Made by a program: the position numbers and the translations under genes. The notes beneath the pieces were generated by a model. The model had not been told where the DNA came from and made no database searches. It was given only the letters and a program-made list of their open reading frames with translations. From the NCBI RefSeq assembly GCF_006345805.1, contig NC_043003.1:34162001-34226000 (forward strand): a stretch of DNA of 64,000 nucleotides, given 5' to 3'. The stretch's first letter is position 1; the number at the start of each line of letters is the position of its first letter. This stretch comes from Octopus sinensis. Lineage: Eukaryota. Shown here in pieces: positions 56,241 to 64,000 of the stretch.

Positions 56241-56832
56241 TACATATATTTATATATAGTACTGCAATATCCAATGTGTGGCCTTTGTTTTACGATAAAA
56301 TAATGATCAATGGAACAAATGGCTCCTATTTCTAATCGGAATCTCCCTTTGATAACAAGTACAGCAGCGTAACAAATACAGCAATTGCGATTCTCATATT
56401 TGTAGAAATACAATGATATTTACACGAAACTAAATTAGAGGGACCAAGATTCTGGCTGTAGCCTCGTATTTAAGAAACCAAAATAGAAGTTCCAAGAACC
56501 CTAAGTGGTTGCTATCTACGACGTAACGGATCAAGGAAATTCCGGGATTGCAGAATGATCTTTGCGAATAACGAACGTATTATCCACGAGGAAATTATGC
56601 TAGAATTATCTGTACACAAAGTATTAATCCCATGAAACGACTCATAAATCCATAAACTCAATGACATGTCAGCAACTGCCATAGATCTTCCTAAATTGAG
56701 AAACGTACGATATTGTTATAATGCAACATGTTGACAGGAAAACCTTCCTAAAAATCTTATCTACTTCATTCTTTTATTTATAATCACTGTCTTCACTTCT
56801 TTCTTCTTCTTCTTCTTCTTCTTCTTCTTCTT

Positions 56833-56863
<31 letters not shown>

Positions 56864-58455
56864 TTATTATTATTATTATTATTATATTATTATTATTATA
56901 ATAATAATAATATAATAATAATAATAAAATAATAATAATAATATAATAATAATATAATAATATAATAATAATAATAATAATTTTCTTCCTCCTTTTTTAA
57001 GCGCCTACGCGTGCTCACTGTCACGTCAGAATTAATTACCCAGGAAGAAAACATCACCTTGACTGTTTGTAACCGAAAGCCATTATTTTGTTTCCTCGTC
57101 GTGCCTCTTGGATACTTGCAACTGTCTTCCCTCTTTGTAAGGTGGATTGGAACATCCTTCTTTTGCTTCGAAGCACGCAGAGAAAGTGTTTTTTCTATTT
57201 TCAATCTTTTTTTTTTTTTCACTTCGCTCACTCCTTATTTTTTTTTTTTTTTTTTGCTAAATGTTGACCATTGAGACATACTGATCGTATTTTAATTTAT
57301 GGCATTGCTATCCAACGTCAAAAGTGCATCATACAGGATTTTATTTTAAAATGCCTTCAACAACAATAACTTGACAACCAATACCTAAGTCTGAAAATTA
57401 CTCTTTAATTTACTTTGTTATTTTCCTTACAGCCAAATGTTATCCATCACGATGGTGACCCGGTCTGTGATAACTAAAACGCATTAAAATATCCAAAAAT
57501 AATTTAAAAAATCTATCATAATATCACCGCAAAATAAAAATCCTCTTCTATGTCATTATCATTTAGTTACTGGATATTTTAGCGATCTGATTCCTTGCCA
57601 ATACTAATTCTTAGAAGGCATTGTTATAATGTAACTCCTCGTAGGAGGGATATCATTGTTAACAGTCGAAGATAATGCGTAGGTGATGAGGCAGACGCAG
57701 ACACAAATATAAGTGCAAAAACAAGATACATGCACAAATGCATGTCGATCTACATACAATATATTTTCAGCTGCCATGGTGGTTCCAGAACAATTCTTCG
57801 TTCACTGATGATTAGCTAAACCCTTTAGGCCGGTTATTTATCGGAATAAACTATTTTCTTAAATCAGCATTCACAAGGCTCGGATTACTCTACTTCAAAA
57901 TGCAATGAACTAGATCAATGTTATTTAAATACGTAGAATATGTTAACGTTTGATTTGAAAATGTACTTTAATTTGGGGGTGGTTTTCCTATAAATCTTAA
58001 TAATTCTACGGGTGTAATCGATCAACATAAACATTGATTGCATTCTTCTAATCAATGTGGGAGAACTGTGCCAGTCAGGACTGCAGTCTCTGCCTTCCGA
58101 TCCAAACCATTAACCGTTTAGCAATCAGATTACTCCGTCAAATGCAACACTTATTTATTCACACAGTTTTGAATTAATCATGCATTATCTCTTCGATTCG
58201 AGATTTCACTGATGTGATTGCTTATTTTCAGAATAACATTGTAGAGTAGGCGTGAGAGATTTGAACATGATATGGCCATGGACTGATGGCGATTATCCTC
58301 TCCCTCTAACGCAAATATCTTTACCCATTATTTGGGTATGGAACATCCTCGCTCATCCATTTCGACTCTAAATTTGATAATTCCTCTCTCTCCCTTTGTC
58401 TCTCTTTCTCTCACAAACATATTATCTCTCCCACCGTCCCTTTCTCTGTGTGTAT

Positions 58456-58528
<73 letters not shown>

Positions 58529-58534
58529 ATATAT

Positions 58535-58581
<47 letters not shown>

Positions 58582-60253
58582 TGTCTGTCTTCTACATACT
58601 TTGCTTTTTATTTACCAAATAACTATTGAAAATAACTCTTGATGCTTCAAATAATAAACTTATACAAGAAAACATACGACAAGATTGAAAGCGTCGATGA
58701 CCTCTGAGGATTATTTTCGAGTCGAACAACATTATTGCATGCAAACAATTATAATATTTGTTGGTTACTGCAGAATTAATGTGTGGTTGTTGTGTTTGTA
58801 CATGTGTGTAGAGCAGGCGAATGTCTGTTAGTTTTTCTTTTAATTGCTCACATCAAACACACACTTTACACTTTACAGGAAAACGACTGAAAATAATTTT
58901 TCTTTTCCTGCATAGAGATACTTTAGGCATTATAAAGTTAGTAAGTTGTTCAACTTGATATCAACTCAACATGTTGCTAATATTTCATGCCAGGAGATTT
59001 CTGATACTTGCAATGAATCTTCATCCTTTTGTACATCTCTTGTCTGAGCAACGATTTCAAACCACAATGTCTGATTCTGGTCATTGTCAGAATATAACCA
59101 TTGAAGCCATGTTTTATGGCTTTATACTATACCTTTGACTACAATATTGATTTCTTAAATATGTATTAGATTTTCTAGTGAAGTCGTAATAAAACTTCTT
59201 CGTTGGTATATTCTCAGAATTTGTAAACATATGAAAGAACTCTCTCCAAACGGAGTTGTATGTATGTATGAATATATGTATGCATTGCGTATGTATGTGT
59301 GCATATATGTACGAATTTATGTATACATTGAATACTCTATCTGTGTAAATATGAGTACGACCAACTTAACTTTATAGAAAAATGAAACTATTTCCTTGGT
59401 CCAAGATATCTTATATACTTTTACATAAGGAATAGGTTATGCACTACTTAGGTATCGAGATATTTACTTTTGTTTTGCACGACACAGATACTCATAAATA
59501 TGCGTGGATGTATGTATAAATGTATATGTGTATGTATATGTGTGTGTGTATGTGTGTATGTATAATTGAAAAATTTGGAGTCAACAAGGAGCATATATAT
59601 ATATATATATATATATATATCTATATATATATATATATATATATGTTCATAAGCACACACGCACAGACAGACACACATATGTATATACATTTATAGGTGT
59701 ATGTATATCTATATGTGTATGGGCGCGTATGCATATATATATATATATATTATAATATATATATATATATATTTATTTATATATATATGCACGCGCAAAT
59801 ACTAAGATGGCAATGCGCTCTACTTATAATTTCATCGTATTTCTAGATTAACAGATCCTCTGGCTATGCAAACATAATCCACTGAGTGATCCCAGGAAGT
59901 ACATTAAAATGGTCTCCCAGTAGCTTAACAGCAATATACAAATAATGCATTGTTACCACGTAGCAGATGCTCTAAGATATTATCTCAGTACAAAAACATA
60001 TAGTAACCACATATATTTATCACTGAGGTCAATGAACTTCACGCCAACTACAGATATGCAAAGCAGGTGAAAAAGTTGCTTGAATAGGTTATTATTGGCT
60101 TAGTTTGATCCACAGAAAACCTCGTGGTTTAACTGGAGTAAATGGAATATTCTAATGTTATACACACTTTTCTATGGTTATCTTAATACTCAGACATACT
60201 CAGCATGACGTGGTGAGTGCGGTAAATGTGCATGTATGTGTGTACGTATTTAA

Positions 60254-60284
<31 letters not shown>

Positions 60285-60661
60285 CGTATATAAGTGTGTA
60301 TGTATGTGTGTATGTGAGTGTGTGTGCGTGTCTGTGTGAGTGTGTATTTATTCATGTGTGTGTATGCGTGTCTATATGCGCGAATGTGTGTGTGTTTTAA
60401 AAGGCTGGTTCGTGAAATAATAGGTACTGTTCATATATTAAGGTGTTAACGGTAGCATATTTCCTTTTGTATACCTAACGCGGAACTGAATAAAGGAATA
60501 GCATGGATGAAATAAAAATTACTTCAAGGAAGGATTTATCAAAGAAAATAGAAATATTGTGATCGTATTTTCTAGTTGCACAATCCTTGCTGTACAGTAC
60601 CCATGACGTTGATGTTTTTCTTTAAAACAATGAAAAAGGAAAGAAAATAAATGCCACTTAC

Positions 60662-61166
60662 CGTTTTGGACTGAGTTGTGTTGAATAGGAGTATGTTGAA
60701 TCACGGGTGGGTGATGGTGAGCTGGGTGCTGATAGCCTGTCGTGAAACCCGGTCGGAAAATACCATTGCTATTGGGAAAAAATGGAGGATGGAACTCCGG
60801 CGGAGGTCGAAAGGTCGGAGGTTGATGTCGTATAAAGTCGTTTCCCGTGCTGGACACTACGGATCGGTCATGGCTGCCCGTTTGAGATTGTGATTGCGCT
60901 TGGTTGGCCGATGACAACTGATGAGCAGTGTTCTGGCTATTAGCGTTTTGACCCGAAGGAGTCGCACAACCCCCACTTCCGTTTCCGCCGGCACCAGTTC
61001 CACTGTTGTTGTTGCTACTGCTGTTGTTGTTATTGTTGTTGCTACTGTTGCTGTTGTTACTGTTGCTGTTGTTACTGTTGTTATTTCCTCCGATATTTCC
61101 ACCTCCTGAACTTCCACCAACTCCACCCAGTACGCCACTATTACTTAACTGCTGAACTGCACTTGC
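60662..61166 (-). CDS. Internal coding exon (505 nt, phase 0 start, phase 1 end) of an unidentified gene; N/S/G low-complexity tract followed by P/H/Q-rich segment
   Basis: Minus-strand acceptor TTTTGTTGTTTCAG|GCA (AG at 61168-61167) and donor AACG|GTAAGT (GT at 60661-60660). One frame is open throughout: ASAVQQLSNSG...HQPPTFRPPPEFHPPFFPNSNGIFRPGFTTGYQHPAHHHPPVIQHTPIQHNSVQN. Asn/Ser/Gly runs use mixed codons, unlike the pure intronic microsatellites, and GC is higher than in the flanks. Protein not recognised. Confidence 0.88.
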
Positions 61167-61451
61167 CTGAAACAACAAAAATATGAAATATACTTAAGTA
61201 TAGAACAGAATTTTGAAAATCATGCATAGAAAATTAATCTTGTATGATCTTAGCTTCAAAACACCATAGGAATATTACACACACATTATGTACACAAACC
61301 GCTACCCAGTGACTCATGAGTGAACGTAAAATAATCAAAATAAGAAGAGCTCAAAAATTTTCATTCAAAAAGCGAATATCAAGAAAGAGGCAATATTTGA
61401 ATATATAACTATCGTTTGTTATTACATAACAAAAGGATCAATAGAACTATA

Positions 61452-61857
61452 TTCTTTTATTCTTTTAATTGTTTCAGTCATTTGACTGCGGTTATGCTGA
61501 AACACGACTTTACGGGGTTTTAGTCGAACAAATCGACTCGAGGACTTTTTTCCTTGTAAGCCTAGTACTTATTCTGTCTCTTTTTCCCAAACGGGGATGC
61601 AAACACATGAACATCGGATATCAAACGATGGTTGGGGTGGGGGACAAACACAGACACAAACACACAAATATATTTATACATATATATGTATATACGATTA
61701 GCTTCTTTCAATTTCCGTCTACCAAATCCACTCACAATGCTTTGGTCGGCCCAAGGCTATTGTAGAAAATACTTGCCCAAGTTGTCACGCAGTGGGACCT
61801 GAACCCGGAAACATGTGGTTGGGAAGCAAGCTTTTAATCACATATCTCTGCCTGCGC
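61452..61857 (-). mobile_element. SINE family B, near full length, ~285 nt upstream of the exon acceptor
   Basis: Tail TTCTTTTATTCTTTT at 61452; body matches; head remnant CCTGCGC at 61851-61857. Confidence 0.85.
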
Positions 61858-62587
61858 ATGCAGTGTTTAGAAAAATATAAATACTTATGCAAACGTGAGA
61901 TAAATCTATTCTTGCAGGGGACACTAGTTTGCTACGGGCAATATTTCGTTGTCAAAGTAAACAGTAACATAACCAAATGGCTAACTTTCTACCCACAAAC
62001 TGAACCAAAAACCAGTACCACATTTTAAATTACGATCCATGGTCTCCAGTTTAAAACCAAATCTGATTTGCCATCTAATCTTAAATAGTTGATCCTTTGT
62101 GAAATCTGACTTTTATTGTCTTTTTGGATGAGTCCCGTCTAGCAGGCTATTTTGGTACTAAAGAAGGTTCTTGTTTCTTCATTGCCGTCCACTGGAGTTC
62201 ATTTCTGTCATACATGAATAACAGCATACACCCATACATTTTATGTTGACCAAATTTCGCTCGTAATACTTTAGTTAATTCAAGACCACGCTACAATATG
62301 TTTACAAGGACGAAAATCAGTGTAAATCGGAAATCACGTAGTTGTAAGACAATAAGCCATTCAGTACGTACATGACTATTTTGAGAGAAAATGTTTGTGA
62401 AGAATCTTTGAAATCATATAAGCTATATACCCGTGTTACAATGTATTTCTATCAGATTTATTATAGCCCTATAAGTATCGTTCCCAGATTATAATCCTAC
62501 ATTATCATGAATCAACGTTGGAACCTCTAAATAGTCATGTGATCTGCAAGAAACAGCAACTAAATCTTCCTCAAATACGTCTTTAAA

Positions 62588-62664
62588 AATGATCCATTGC
62601 ATAATGTTGTCTTAGATAAAGATAGAATGATCCATTGCATCATAATGTTGTCTTAGATAAAGAT
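62588..62664. repeat. Short tandem duplication (36 + 39 bp) within a decayed family C-like repeat
   Basis: AATGATCCATTGCATAATGTTGTCTTAGATAAAGAT-AG-AATGATCCATTGCATCATAATGTTGTCTTAGATAAAGAT. Confidence 0.88.
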
Positions 62665-64000
62665 GGCTTGATAATTAGTGATGGAAGGTTATGCAAAAAC
62701 AGGACAAACATAGGGTACACACCTTTAATAGTGTATCTGGGTGGGTTAGAGAACGACAGAGAGAGAGAGAGAGAGAGAAGGAGAAAGAAAGAGGGAGAGA
62801 AAGAGAGAGAAATTCAGAGAGGTGGAGAGAAATATGCGCTTATATCAAATTGTTTCCAGTGCTAGATGTGCTCATAATATAGGCAGAGAATCAAAGCGAA
62901 TAGAAATTTAACGAACGCAGTCCTACAACATTCTTACCATAGACCCATCTTCATCACGTTATTAGTCTTCATCCCCCCTCCCACTCTTATCACATTCTCA
63001 TTTTCACAGTTCTGTAAGCACACACTCGTTCCCAACATCCACAACGACGTAGAAATAACGGCCACATCAACAGGGCATACATGATATTACTGTTGAAGAC
63101 AGAAAAAGTACTTCGAGTCTACACACAGCTATTGTCATGGAACAACAATGTTTATAGTTACATGCCAAAAGCACTTACTGTCAACATTTAATAACCGCAC
63201 ACAGAAAACGAACAATAAAAGTGCAATTAAATGTATGCGTATAGGGGGAGTGGGCATGCAAGTACGAATACACGCGGTATGTACGTGTATATTTATACAT
63301 ACATACACCCGCCGGACATATATTATATACATAAATATATATATATATATATATATAATATATATTATATATATATATGGGTGTATATATATATATTATA
63401 TATATATATAATATATAATAATCAAGTGTATAATTATGTATACATACATACGTACATATATATATAGATATATGTATATATATATATATGTATATATTAG
63501 TATATATATATTAATATATATGTATATATATATGTATATATATATATATATATACATACGTATCCACATTGAGAGCAACATAATAAACATACACGTACAT
63601 GCTTACACACACGCGCGCAAGCACACACACAATCACAAACGTATGTTGACACGCGGATAAGGACATATATAAGGGAGAGAGAGAGAGATACAGACAGACA
63701 GAGAGAGTGAGTGAAAGAGAAACAAAGAGAAAGAGAGAGAAAAAGGAATGAGTGACACGAACAAGATAATTACTTATATAGAAACATAGATACATAAATG
63801 AATGATTAATAAAGTTACCCAAATAAGTGAAATAGCAAAATTTTGAACCCAAAGTTTCCGCCTGTCATCATTTAACGTATTCAAATGATTACAGACGTGC
63901 AAATACAGAAACGCATTTCAAAATCAGGTGATAGACGCAAAGGAATACTGAAAGGCTATTTCTATTTATACGAAATCAATATATATATTTCTTTTCTGTG

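Noticed and set aside
60519-60661. Read-through of the exon ORF past the donor to a stop at 60519 (alternative terminal exon)
   Set aside because: Composition drops to intronic AT-rich sequence right after a strong GTAAGT. The nearest AATAAA (60347-60352, minus) lacks a GU-rich downstream element. No support without RNA data.
60700-60800. Assigning the exon to AP-2 because EFHPPFFP resembles DFQPPYFP
   Set aside because: The following PPPY motif and flanking residues do not match; the similarity is too short.

Overview
AT-rich, microsatellite-saturated eukaryotic DNA. The SINE-like repeats resemble ones I recall from Octopus genomes, so an octopod origin is an inference, not a database result. 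Only one protein-coding segment is supported: a 505-nt internal exon on the minus strand (61166-60662). It has canonical splice sites and encodes an N/S/G-rich, then P/H/Q-rich, segment of an unidentified protein. I found no further exon of this gene, so the remaining ~60.6 kb is probably one very large intron. Nearly all other ORFs in the supplied track are translations of simple repeats. The intron contains tRNA-like SINEs (my labels A, B, D), another dispersed repeat (C), a non-autonomous Helitron, a decayed mariner transposase, a decayed RLE-type (R2/R4/NeSL-like) LINE 3' end, and several local duplications. The most notable observations are: (1) head-to-tail SINE-A arrays that reuse one exact junction, suggesting a SINE that inserts site-specifically into its own family; (2) an 86-bp near-perfect palindrome; (3) a hammerhead-like motif in a TA-flanked repeat; (4) a SINE fragment with a templated-insertion signature; (5) two RFX X-box-like motifs; and (6) many back-to-back complementary triplet tracts that could form intronic dsRNA. 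No rRNA, tRNA gene or CRISPR array is supported. No searches were run.
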